Shown here: positions 26,931 to 38,299 of the stretch, one piece after another
Layout of the letters: each line of letters opens with the position of its first letter
Numbering within the stretch: position 1 is the stretch's first letter
NCBI GenBank assembly: GCA_965240325.2
Contig: OZ251234.1
Coordinates: 2,108,001-2,172,000 of the forward strand
Reading direction: 5' to 3'
Length of the DNA stretch: 64,000 bases
Source: Rebecca billardiae RCC1528
Taxonomy: Eukaryota; Protista; Haptophyta
Position numbers and translations under genes: made by a program
Notes under the pieces: model-generated
What the model saw: the letters and a program-made list of their open reading frames with translations, nothing else
The model's database searches: none
Told to the model about the DNA's origin: nothing

Positions 26931-27406
26931 TGCTTTCGGGAGCGTGTGGCAGGATCCAGGGAATGCCCTTGTCAACAGATGCCCGGTCGGCTAAGTTGGT
27001 CCAAATGGTCACACTCACCGTCACCGTGTCGGTCGTTATTCAGACAGACAGTGAGATGTGAGAGTGGTAGCCAGTCAGTCGCTGCCACTTGCCAGTAGTG
27101 CCAGTCACCGGTGAGTCAGGCCGCTCGAGGCGGATATCGTTTGCGTAGCACGGCCGGGGCCGCGGATCTTTTCCCTCGAGTTATGCTTTTTTTGCCCGTC
27201 GGAGTCATGTTCTTCGCTTGGGTCTTCGTGCACTGAAAACCCTATTTTCAAGAATGAATTTTAGCGCGCGCGGGCGGCAGCGGAGCGCAACCAACCCGCG
27301 GAGTGTCCGAAGGAGATCTCCGAGACGCAAAATGTGAGCCAATTCTTGTCGCGTGCGCCCCAGCCTTGCGCCCGGGAGCGACTATCAAAGTGGAGTAAGT
27401 CTCCCG

Positions 27407-27453
27407 TAATCTCGCCTGCCTGAGCTGTGTGCGTCTCTTATTCTTAGTAAACT
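27407..27453 (+). mobile_element. 47-bp retro-type insertion (family A) with 12-bp TSD
   Basis: GTAAGTCTCCCG occurs at 27395-27406 and 27454-27465. Confidence 0.8.
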
Positions 27454-28157
27454 GTAAGTCTCCCGGCGCTGTACAGTGTACGGTTATTAACCTCAGACAG
27501 AGATCGGGCCCGTGACGAAACATGGCAGCGCCTCGGGACGCGTTTGGCCGGCGCTGGGGGGCGACACGCGTGGTGCTCGTTTGGCGTGGCGCGGTGTCGG
27601 ACCGGTCGCGCGCTTGGAAGATGGACGCACCTTCACGTTGTTCGGGCACCCCCGCATCAGGTCTATCACTCTATGCACGCGCGTCTCTCTCGCCGCCCGC
27701 GCGGGGCTCGCTTTCCGATCCGCCGCTGACATCTCGGCTGGGGAGGGATCGGCATGCCGGTGTCACGACGAGCCCGGGCACACGGAACTAATCGTCTACT
27801 CCCAAGCCGCGCGCACCTGGCGGGAAGTGGCTGGCGAGCAAGTTGGAACCGAATGCAATCATGATGGCACTCTACGCTCTGCTCAGCCTTGTCAGTGCGA
27901 GCACGACGGGAACGCCGTACGCGAGGCGAGGCGGCGCAATGAAGCGCGCCCCGATGGCGGAGAGCTCACCAACATGATCGAAGAGCCCGCCCGCACCCTC
28001 AGGCGTGGCTGCGGGGCGCGCGTCCGGGACCGCCTCAGGCCCCTGAGATTCGCCCCGGCCGCTCTGCGGGCATGGGTTCCCGGCATGCGCAGAGCGGTAA
28101 GGGTGTGTATCGGCCAGTGTCGGTCCATACGCGCTCCCGAGCGCGTGCCTCCGAGCG

Positions 28158-28373
28158 CGGGGCGGCCGCTTGCTGCAATGGCCGCCTCGATGAGGTGCGG
28201 CAACGCGCCCCTCACCTGCCTGCGCCGGTCTGTTTTGTGGCGGTGTCTTTGTGCAGTGTTGGATGGCGTCAATCACGCCTTAACCAAGTGTGCACGTTAA
28301 AACATAGTAAACTGTACTGTTTTGTGGCGGTGTCTTTGTGCAGTGTCATTCGGGCATGGCGTCAATCACGCCT
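28158..28373 (+). mobile_element. Family B retro-type fragment plus a partial tandem copy
   Basis: Matches about 2467-2634, then restarts at CTGTTTTGTGGCGGTG at about 28317. Confidence 0.65.
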
Positions 28374-28492
28374 GTCAGAACAGTCACGGCGGGAATTCGC
28401 GCGTTGGGTTCAACACAAATTTGCAGCATGATGGTCGGTCAAAAGAAAATGTCGAACCCGGAGCCGAATGACCGGGGGGATCGAACCTGATA

Positions 28493-29286
28493 TAGTGACC
28501 CACAAATTTAGTTGCCGGCTGCAGCAGGCACGACTTTGTCTCAGCCCGCACGCCCGCTACGCGCCGACCCGGGCAGAGCCCATCCGCCCGCGCATGCACC
28601 AGGCCCAGCCGCGTCAGTACATACCCACCCGGCCGCGGCACCCGCGCTCTGTGCGCCACGGTGTCGATGCGCCCGGCAGTCGGTGCGCATGCACGAGCCA
28701 GCCGGCGGGCAGCTACGGGCTGGTTTTCGGCGTGGAGCGCGGTCGTGTGAGCTGCATTAATTCAGCTGACCCCCGGCTTTTGTGCATTCGGGAGTCGTGC
28801 TGCTACGGTGGGCGTGCCACGCGCCAACTCGACGCTGGCAAAATTAGGCGACGAAAGTGCACGCGCAGCCACACGCAGCCCATATTGATGCTCTCGGAGC
28901 AGGCTCGGGCATGCACTCGATCGGCTCTGGCTGACGGCAGCGCCAAGCTGGCGGCGCGGCGCGAGGGTGCATGCGTGGCGTGGGCGGAGCTACGTCGCAC
29001 ACGCACCGCGCGGCGCGCGGCTCAGCGCACGGAGGCTGCCGACAGCCGGCGGCACGCAGGCAGGTCTGCTCGCCGCCAGTCGAGCTCGCCGGCCGCCGGG
29101 TACCAAACGTCAACCCAGGATGCACAGCCACGCCTATTTGCGAGGACTCGAGCAATCGGGTCCGGGCGCACCTCATGTGCACGGCAGTGGAGTGGGCCAA
29201 GTACGCCCCTGGTATGGTGGCGCGCCGCTGCTTTGCTGCGCTGATATGGCGAACAATGTCGGGAGGCTTAAACTTGTGAGGGACTA
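28493..29286 (+). repeat. 794-bp terminal module, copy 1 (MITE-like, own imperfect TIRs)
   Basis: No differences seen from 38300-39093 (offset 9807). Confidence 0.95.
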
Positions 29287-29291
29287 AGTGA

Positions 29292-32200
29292 GCAGCCTCG
29301 GCTGAGGCCGTGAGCTGCCGTAGGCTGATCTGACCCGACAAAAGTCGGCGCGCGAGCGCGCGCGCGCGCGGCGCGGCGCCGCCCCGCTGGCACGTGGGCT
29401 CGGTGTGCCTGGGCCGCGCCGAGTGCCCCGCACCCGGATCTCGCCCAGCTAGCTCGTCCTCGCCGCGCTCTGAGGCCCCCGTAGCAGTCGTAGCTGCTCG
29501 CCGCCGCCGCAGATCGTGAAGACCAGCTGCTGTCAGCTGCTCGCTCTGAGCCGGGACATGGGGCCGCGTGGAGGAGGCGCCGTGCGGCCGGGCGCGCGCG
29601 TGCGCGTCGAGCGGCCCCTGGGCGCACTGCTCACGCGTCGGCGCGCCCGCCCGGCGCGCGCATCATCGCTCAGTCGCGCCGCTCTGCTGAGCTAGCCGCC
29701 GCTGGTCGCAGCCGTCGGCTGAGGCCGTGAGCTGCCGTAGGCTGATCTGACCCGACAAAAGTCGGCGCGCGAGCGCGCGCGCGCGCGGCGCGGCGCCGCC
29801 CCGCTGGCACGTGGGCTCGGTGTGCCTGGGCCGCGCCGAGTGCCCCGCACCCCGATCTCGCCCAGCTAGCTCGTCCTCGCCGCGCTCTGAGGCCCCCGTA
29901 GCAGTCGTAGCTGCTCGCCGCCGCCGCAGATCGTGAAGACCAGCTGCTGTCAGCTGCTCGCTCTGAGCCGGGACATGGGGCCGCGAGGAGGAGGCGCCGT
30001 GCGGCCGGGCGCGCGCGTGCGCGTCGAGCGGCCCCGGGGCGCACTGCTCACGCGTCGGCGTGCCCGCCCGGCGCGCGCATCATCGCTCAGTCGCGCCGCT
30101 CTGCTGAGCTAGCCGCCGCTGGTCGCAGCCGTCGGCTGAGGCCGTGAGCTGCCGTCAGCTGATCTGACCCGACAAAAGTCGGCGCGAGCGCGCGCGCGCG
30201 CGCGGCGCCGCGCCGCCCCGCTGGCACGTGGGCTCGGTGTGCCTGGGCCGCGCCGAGTGCCCCGCACCCGGATCTCGCCCAGCTAGCTCGTCCTCGCCGC
30301 GCTCTGAGGCCCCCGTAGCAGTCGTAGCTGCTCGCCGCCGCCGCAGATCGTGAAGACCAGCTGCTGTCAGCTGCTCGCTCTGAGCCGGGACATGGGGCCG
30401 CGTGGAGGAGGCGCCGTGCGGCCGGGCGCGCGCGTGCGCGTCGAGCGGCCCCTGGGCGCACTGCTCACGCGTCGGCGCGCCCGCCCGGCGCGCGCATCAT
30501 CGCTCAGTCGCGCCGCTCTGCTGAGCTAGCCGCCGCTGGTCGCAGCCGTCGGCTGAGGCCGTGAGCTGCCGTAGGCTGATCTGACCCGACAAAAGTCGGC
30601 GCGCGAGCGCGCGCGCGCGCGGCGCGGCGCCGCCCCGCTGGCACGTGGGCTCGGTGTGCCTGGGCCGCGCCGAGTGCCCCGCACCCCGATCTCGCCCAGC
30701 TAGCTCGTCCTCGCCGCGCTCTGAGGCCCCCGTAGCAGTCGTAGCTGCTCGCCGCCGCCGCAGATCGTGAAGACCAGCTGCTGTCAGCTGCTCGCTCTGA
30801 GCCGGGACATGGGGCCGCGAGGAGGAGGCGCCGTGCGGCCGGGCGCGCGCGTGCGCGTCGAGCGGCCCCGGGGCGCACTGCTCACGCGTCGGCGTGCCCG
30901 CCCGGCGCGCGCATCATCGCTCAGTCGCGCCGCTCTGCTGAGCTAGCCGCCGCTGGTCGCAGCCGTCGGCTGAGGCCGTGAGCTGCCGTCAGCTGATCTG
31001 ACCCGACAAAAGTCGGCGCGAGCGCGCGCGCGCGCGCGGCGCCGCGCCGCCCCGCTGGCACGTGGGCTCGGTGTGCCTGGGCCACGCAGAGCACCCCGCA
31101 CCCGGATCTCGCCCAGCTAGCTCGTCCTCGCCGCGCTCTGAGGCCCCCGTAGCAGTCGTAGCTGCTCGCCGCCGCCGCAGATCGTGAAGACCAGCTGCTG
31201 TCAGCTGCTCGCTCTGAGCCGGGACATGGGGCCGCGTGGAGGAGGCGCCGTGCGGCCGGGCGCGCGCGTGCGCGTCGAGCGGCCCCTGGGCGCACTGCTC
31301 ACGCGTCGGCGCGCCCGCCCGGCGCGCGCATCATCGCTCAGTCGCGCCGCTCTGCTGAGCTAGCCGCCGCTGGTCGCAGCCGTCGGCTGAGGCCGTGAGC
31401 TGCCGTAGGCTGATCTGACCCGACAAAAGTCGGCGCGCGAGCGCGCGCGCGCGCGGCGCGGCGCCGCCCCGCTGGCACGTGGGCTCGGTGTGCCTGGGCC
31501 GCGCCGAGTGCCCCGCACCCCGATCTCGCCCAGCTAGCTCGTCCTCGCCGCGCTCTGAGGCCCCCGTAGCAGTCGTAGCTGCTCGCCGCCGCCGCAGATC
31601 GTGAAGACCAGCTGCTGTCAGCTGCTCGCTCTGAGCCGGGACATGGGGCCGCGAGGAGGAGGCGCCGTGCGGCCGGGCGCGCGCGTGCGCGTCGAGCGGC
31701 CCCGGGGCGCACTGCTCACGCGTCGGCGTGCCCGCCCGGCGCGCGCATCATCGCTCAGTCGCGCCGCTCTGCTGAGCTAGCCGCCGCTGGTCGCAGCCGT
31801 CGGCTGAGGCCGTGAGCTGCCGTCAGCTGATCTGACCCGACAAAAGTCGGCGCGAGCGCGCGCGCGCGCGCGGCGCCGCGCCGCCCCGCTGGCACGTGGG
31901 CTCGGTGTGCCTGGGCCGCGCCGAGTGCCCCGCACCCGGATCTCGCCCAGCTAGCTCGTCCTCGCCGCGCTCTGAGGCCCCCGTAGCAGTCGTAGCTGCT
32001 CGCCGCCGCCGCAGATCGTGAAGACCAGCTGCTGTCAGCTGCTCGCTCTGAGCCGGGACATGGGGCCGCGTGGAGGAGGCGCCGTGCGGCCGGGCGCGCG
32101 CGTGCGCGTCGAGCGGCCCCTGGGCGCACTGCTCACGCGTCGGCGCGCCCGCCCGGCGCGCGCATCATCGCTCAGTCGCGCCGCTCTGCTGAGCTAGCCG

Positions 32201-35200
32201 CCGCTGGTCGCAGCCGTCGGCTGAGGCCGTGAGCTGCCGTAGGCTGATCTGACCCGACAAAAGTCGGCGCGCGAGCGCGCGCGCGCGCGGCGCGGCGCCG
32301 CCCCGCTGGCACGTGGGCTCGGTGTGCCTGGGCCGCGCCGAGTGCCCCGCACCCCGATCTCGCCCAGCTAGCTCGTCCTCGCCGCGCTCTGAGGCCCCCG
32401 TAGCAGTCGTAGCTGCTCGCCGCCGCCGCAGATCGTGAAGACCAGCTGCTGTCAGCTGCTCGCTCTGAGCCGGGACATGGGGCCGCGAGGAGGAGGCGCC
32501 GTGCAGCCGGGCGCGCGCGTGCGCGTCGAGCGGCCCCGGGGCGCACTGCTCACGCGTCGGCGTGCCCGCCCGGCGCGCGCATCATCGCTCAGTCGCGCCG
32601 CTCTGCTGAGCTAGCCGCCGCTGGTCGCAGCCGTCGGCTGAGGCCGTGAGCTGCCGTCAGCTGATCTGACCCGACAAAAGTCGGCGCGAGCGCGCGCGCG
32701 CGCGCGGCGCCGCGCCGCCCCACTGGCACGTGGGCTCGGTGTGCCTGGGCCACGCAGAGCACCCCGCACCCGGATCTCGCCCAGCTAGCTCGTCCTCGCC
32801 GCGCTCTGAGGCCCCCGTAGCAGTCGTAGCTGCTCGCCGCCGCCGCAGATCGTGAAGACCAGCTGCTGTCAGCTGCTCGCTCTGAGCCGGGACATGGGGC
32901 CGCGTGGAGGAGGCGCCGTGCGGCCGGGCGCGCGCGTGCGCGTCGAGCGGCCCCTGGGCGCACTGCTCACGCGTCGGCGCGCCCGCCCGGCGCGCGCATC
33001 ATCGCTCAGTCGCGCCGCTCTGCTGAGCTAGCCGCCGCTGGTCGCAGCCGTCGGCTGAGGCCGTGAGCTGCCGTAGGCTGATCTGACCCGACAAAAGTCG
33101 GCGCGCGAGCGCGCGCGCGCGCGGCGCGGCGCCGCCCCGCTGGCACGTGGGCTCGGTGTGCCTGGGCCGCGCCGAGTGCCCCGCACCCCGATCTCGCCCA
33201 GCTAGCTCGTCCTCGCCGCGCTCTGAGGCCCCCGTAGCAGTCGTAGCTGCTCGCCGCCGCCGCAGATCGTGAAGACCAGCTGCTGTCAGCTGCTCGCTCT
33301 GAGCCGGGACATGGGGCCGCGAGGAGGAGGCGCCGTGCGGCCGGGCGCGCGCGTGCGCGTCGAGCGGCCCCGGGGCGCACTGCTCACGCGTCGGCGTGCC
33401 CGCCCGGCGCGCGCATCATCGCTCAGTCGCGCCGCTCTGCTGAGCTAGCCGCCGCTGGTCGCAGCCGTCGGCTGAGGCCGTGAGCTGCCGTCAGCTGATC
33501 TGACCCGACAAAAGTCGGCGCGAGCGCGCGCGCGCGCGCGGCGCCGCGCCGCCCCGCTGGCACGTGGGCTCGGTGTGCCTGGGCCACGCCGAGTGCCCCG
33601 CACCCGGATCTCGCCCAGCTAGCTCGTCCTCGCCGCGCTCTGAGGCCCCCGTAGCAGTCGTAGCTGCTCGCCGCCGCCTCAGATCGTGAAGACCAGCTGC
33701 TGTCAGCTGCTCGCTCTGAGCCGGGACATGGGGCCGCGTGGAGGAGGCGCCGTGCGGCCGGGCGCGCGCGTGCGCGTCGAGCGGCCCCTGGGCGCACTGC
33801 TCACGCGTCGGCGCGCCCGCCCGGCGCGCGCATCATCGCTCAGTCGCGCCGCTCTGCTGAGCTAGCCGCCGCTGGTCGCAGCCGTCGGCTGAGGCCGTGA
33901 GCTGCCGTAGGCTGATCTGACCCGACAAAAGTCGGCGCGCGAGCACGCGCGCGCGCGGCGCGGCGCCGCCCCGCTGGCACGTGGGCTCGGTGTGCCTGGG
34001 CCGCGCCGAGTGCCCCGCACCCCGATCTCGCCCAGCTAGCTCGTCCTCGCCGCGCTCTGAGGCCCCCGTAGCAGTCGTAGCTGCTCGCCGCCGCCGCAGA
34101 TCGTGAAGACCAGCTGCTGTCAGCTGCTCGCTCTGAGCCGGGACATGGGGCCGCGAGGAGGAGGCGCCGTGCGGCCGGGCGCGCGCGTGCGCGTCGAGCG
34201 GCCCCGGGGCGCACTGCTCACGCGTCGGCGTGCCCGCCCGGCGCGCGCATCATCGCTCAGTCGCGCCGCTCTGCTGAGCTAGCCGCCGCTGGTCGCAGCC
34301 GTCGGCTGAGGCCGTGAGCTGCCGTCAGCTGATCTGACCCGACAAAAGTCGGCGCGAGCGCGCGCGCGCGCGCGGCGCCGCGCCGCCCCGCTGGCACGTG
34401 GGCTCGGTGTGCCTGGGCCACGCAGAGCACCCCGCACCCGGATCTCGCCCAGCTAGCTCGTCCTCGCCGCGCTCTGAGGCCCCCGTAGCAGTCGTAGCTG
34501 CTCGCCGCCGCCGCAGATCGTGAAGACCAGCTGCTGTCAGCTGCTCGCTCTGAGCCGGGACATGGGGCCGCGAGGAGGAGGCGCCGTGCGGCCGGGCGCG
34601 CGCGTGCGCGTCGAGCGGCCCCGGGGCGCACTGCTCACGCGTCGGCGTGCCCGCCCGGCGCGCGCATCATCGCTCAGTCGCGCCGCTCTGCTGAGCTAGC
34701 CGCCGCTGGTCGCAGCCGTCGGCTGAGGCCGTGAGCTGCCGTCAGCTGATCTGACCCGACAAAAGTCGGCGCGCGAGCGCGCGCGCGCGGCGCGCCGCGC
34801 CACCTCGCTGGCACGTGGGCTCGGTGCGCCTGGGCCGCGCCGAGCACCCCGCACCCGGATCTCGCCCAGCTAGCTCGTCCTCGCCGCGCTCTGAGGCCCC
34901 CGTAGCAGTCGTAGCTGCTCGCCGCCGCCGCAGATCGTGAAGACCAGCTGCTGTCAGCTGCTCGCTCTGAGCCGGGACATGGGGCCGCGTGGAGGAGACG
35001 CCGTGCGGCCGGGCGCGCGCGTGCGCGTCGAGCGGCACCCGGGCGCACTGCTCACGTGTCGGCGCGCCCGCCCGGCGCGCGCATCATCGCTCAGTCGCGC
35101 CGCTCTGCTGAGCTAGCCGCCGCTGGTCGCAGCCGTCGGCTGAGGCCGTGAGCTGCCGTAAGCTGATCTGACCCGACAAAAGTCGGCGCGCGAGCGCGCG

Positions 35201-36391
35201 CGCGCGGCGCGCCGCGCCACCTCGCTGGCACGTGGGCTCAGTGCGCCTGGGCCGCGCCGAGCGTCCCGCACCCCGATCGCGCCCAGCCCGCGCGTCCTCG
35301 CCGCGCTCTGAGGTCCCCGTAGCAGTCGTAGCTGCTCGCCGCCGCCGCAGATCGTGAAGACCAGTTGCTGTCAGCTGCTCGCTCTGAGCCGGGACATGGG
35401 GCCGCGAGGAGGAGGCGCCGTGCGGCCGGGCGCGCGCGTGCGCGTCGAGCGGCCCCGGGGCGCACTGCTCACGCGTCGGCGTGCCCGCCCGGCGCGCGCA
35501 TCATCGCTCAGTCGCGCCGCTCTGCTGAGCTAGCCGCCGCTGGTCGCAGCCGTCGGCTGAGGCCGTGAGCTGCCGTCAGCTGATCTGACCCGACAAAAGT
35601 CGGCGCGAGCGCGCGCGCGCGCGCGGCGCCGCGCCGCCCCGCTGGCACGTGGGCTCGGTGTGCCTGGGCCACGCAGAGCACCCCGCACCCGGATCTCGCC
35701 CAGCTAGCTCGTCCTCGCCGCGCTCTGAGGCCCCCGTAGCAGTCGTAGCTGCTCGCCGCCGCCGCAGATCGTGAAGACCAGCTGCTGTCAGCTGCTCGCT
35801 CTGAGCCGGGACATGGGGCCGCGAGGAGGAGGCGCCGTGCGGCCGGGCGCGCGCGTGCGCGTCGAGCGGCCCCTGGGCGCACTGCTCACGCGTCGGCGTG
35901 CCCGCCCGGCGCGCGCATCATCGCTCAGTCGCGCCGCTCTGCTGAGCTAGCCGCCGCTGGTCGCAGCCGTCGGCTGAGGCCGTGAGCTGCCGTAGGCTGA
36001 TCTGACCCGACAAAAGTCGGCGCGCGAGCGCGCGCGCGCGCGGCGCGGCGCCGCCCCGCTGGCACGTGGGCTCGGTGTGCCTGGGCCGCGCCGAGTGCCC
36101 CGCACCCCGATCTCGCCCAGCTAGCTCGTCCTCGCCGCGCGCTCTGAGGCCCCCGTAGCAGTCGTAGCTGCTCGCCGCCGCCGCAGATCGTGAAGACCAG
36201 TTGCTGTCAGCTGCTCGCTCTGAGCCGGGACATGGGGCCGCGTGGAGGAGGCGCCGTGCGGCCGGGCGCGCGCGCGCGCGTCGAGCGGCCCCGGGGCGCA
36301 CTGCTCACGCGTCGGCGTGCCCGCCCGGCGCGCACATCATCGCTCAGTCGCGCCGCTCTGCTGAGCTAGCCGCCGCTCGTCGCAGCCGTCG
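29292..36391. repeat. Tandem array of 17 x about 417 bp with 2-mer and 4-mer higher-order structure
   Basis: ORF-track period is 417. The array starts and ends at the same phase, GCAGCC(G)TCG. Confidence 0.97.
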
Positions 36392-36519
36392 TGAGACGTG
36401 ACGTTACTCCGCGTTAGACGTAGAGTAAGCTATAGCCTATAGGCTGATATGATATGACTCGAGATCTACTATTAACTGAGCAGCTAATAAACTATACCAT
36501 CATTGTCCGACACTGCTCT

Positions 36520-37821
36520 TCAGCGCACGCGCTGCTCACCCTTGGTCTCGACGCAGTCCTGCAGCCGACGCCGATAGGATTTGAACAGCGCCTGGATGAA
36601 CTTCTTGTCGTTCCGTACCTCCTCGAACTTAGCCTTCACCACCTCCTCGAACTCCTTGAAGGTTGGCCGCTGCTTGCTCGGGTTGTCGGTGCACCACTTG
36701 TGCTTCCATGCGTTGAGAAGCTGCTCCACGCGCGCCCAGACATGCTCAATGAGCGACAAGTCGGCGCTGTTCGGCGGCCAGCTACGGCCCGGCTGACCCT
36801 CGGTCGACTTGGGGCCAAGGTGTCCCTCGGGGCCAAACCGCTCGTCGAGCCATTGGCGCACAGCCAGCGCCGTGTGGGGTGAGGCACTGTCCTGCTGGAA
36901 GATCATCTGGCTGATGAAGTTGCCGAAGAGCGCCTGGGCCTCCTTGTCCAGGAAAGGCAGCACGTCGTTCAGGTACTCCTTCCAGCACACGCCACGGCAC
37001 TGCTTGCCGCGACCATTCTCATGCGTGCGGCCGTGAGTGCCCGTGGCAAAATAGAGCGGCGTGATGCCGCGAGAGCAGGCGCCGGCGTAGCCATGGATCA
37101 CGCAGTCACCTGCCTGGACCTGGTTCAGCTTGCGCTTGGGCTCGTCACGCAGCGTCCACGACATCACCGTGCTCCGGTTCGTGACGTCGAACTTGAAGTA
37201 CTTCGAGTCGGTGAAGAACAGCCTGTCAACCATCGCCTTGACTCTCTGCAGCCACCGTGCGAACGCCACCCGCTTCTTCGCCTGCTGAGCCGTGATCTGC
37301 TTCCTCACCTTGAGCGGCTCCCAATCCATCTTCTTCCGCGCCGCGCGGCGTAGCGTCTCGTCGGAGACGTCGAGCGCGGACGCATCGAGCGATCCAGCAC
37401 CGACGGCGCGGCACGCAGCCTTCCGCACACTCTGACCAGCCGGCCCGGCGCTGAGCTCGGACGTAAGCGCCGCCTGCGCCTTGGCACTGAGGCGTGGGCG
37501 TGGACCGCGCTTCGGCTTCCCGTCAGCATCGATGTGCCAGCCCTCCGTGTGCCAGTCCATGAACCACTTCTTCATCGTCTTCTCGGTGACCTCGGCCGAC
37601 CGCGCCGCCCTCTGGAAAGCTGAGGCCAACGGAGAGCCTTCATTGAGGCACAGCACGCACGCGCCGATCGCATGGTGAAACCTCTCCGCAGGGCCCAGGG
37701 CCTTCGGGTTGTAATCCAGAGCAATACACTCCCGCGATACCCGCCTGTTCGGAGCGTAGCCGACGCGGTGGGCGCCTTTGCGCCCGCGCCGATCTTTGGG
37801 CGCGGTCGGCGCGCGGCCCAT
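36520..37821 (-). CDS. IS630/Tc1-mariner superfamily DDE transposase, 433 aa, intact, intronless
   Basis: GPRPRLS linker, VSDETLRR HTH, KKRVAFA, LFFTDSKYF (D1), IFQQDSASPH (D2), WPPNSADLSLIEHVW (E), and C-terminal SYRRRLQDCVETKG. Confidence 0.93.
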   Translation of the reverse strand: MGRAPTAPKDRRGRKGAHRVGYAPNRRVSRECIALDYNPKALGPAERFHHAIGACVLCLNEGSPLASAFQRAARSAEVTEKTMKKWFMDWHTEGWHIDADGKPKRGPRPRLSAKAQAALTSELSAGPAGQSVRKAACRAVGAGSLDASALDVSDETLRRAARKKMDWEPLKVRKQITAQQAKKRVAFARWLQRVKAMVDRLFFTDSKYFKFDVTNRSTVMSWTLRDEPKRKLNQVQAGDCVIHGYAGACSRGITPLYFATGTHGRTHENGRGKQCRGVCWKEYLNDVLPFLDKEAQALFGNFISQMIFQQDSASPHTALAVRQWLDERFGPEGHLGPKSTEGQPGRSWPPNSADLSLIEHVWARVEQLLNAWKHKWCTDNPSKQRPTFKEFEEVVKAKFEEVRNDKKFIQALFKSYRRRLQDCVETKGEQRVR

Positions 37822-38299
37822 CAGCCGCCGCCGGCTGCTTGGCCACGACCGAAGATGAGTGCACGTTACGTCCCGAGCCGCCCAAAGTTGATCTTACAGC
37901 TGACGAAGCGGTGTGGCCTCTATTCGAACTCGTTCCGTCCATGGCGAGCGCCCCAGCGACGCAGCCGCCGCGTGCGCTGGGGCCGCACGCCCTCGCGGAT
38001 GTGCGCTGGGCACGAGCTCGGCGCCACGGGTTGAGCTCGTCGAGCTATGACAAGCGGCGTGGCGCAAGTCCAACCCAGTGGAGGCCCCAACTGCCGGCCC
38101 CGCCGCCGCGCGGGAGCGTCCGATTAACCTCAGCTGCTCTGCGCAAGATGTGGGCTCCTGTGCCCCACCAACTCGCCGGAGGCGGACGACGCGCTGGGAT
38201 CGCTGCACGGCGGGAATATCCCCGACCCATGTGGACCGACGCCGGCCTCGCTCGCCGTCGCCCTCGCCCTCGTTCCGACTTTTCTACTACCTGCTCACT

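Noticed and set aside
28466-28490. tRNA T-arm/B-box (GGTTCGATCCCC on the - strand) beside the insertion site
   Set aside because: I could not build a cloverleaf or find an A-box, even after joining the two flanks.
29268-36301. Repeated 124-aa ORFs in the array as a gene cluster
   Set aside because: GTG starts, Arg/Ala-rich GC-driven composition, and broken frames in units 15 and 17. They are by-products of the repeat.
29292-36391. CRISPR-like or guide array
   Set aside because: Units differ only by scattered SNPs. There are no unique spacers and no cas-like gene.
29287-38299. Fanzor/TnpB partner of the Tc1/IS630 transposase
   Set aside because: No ORF with RuvC or zinc-finger motifs was recognised in the element or elsewhere in the window.
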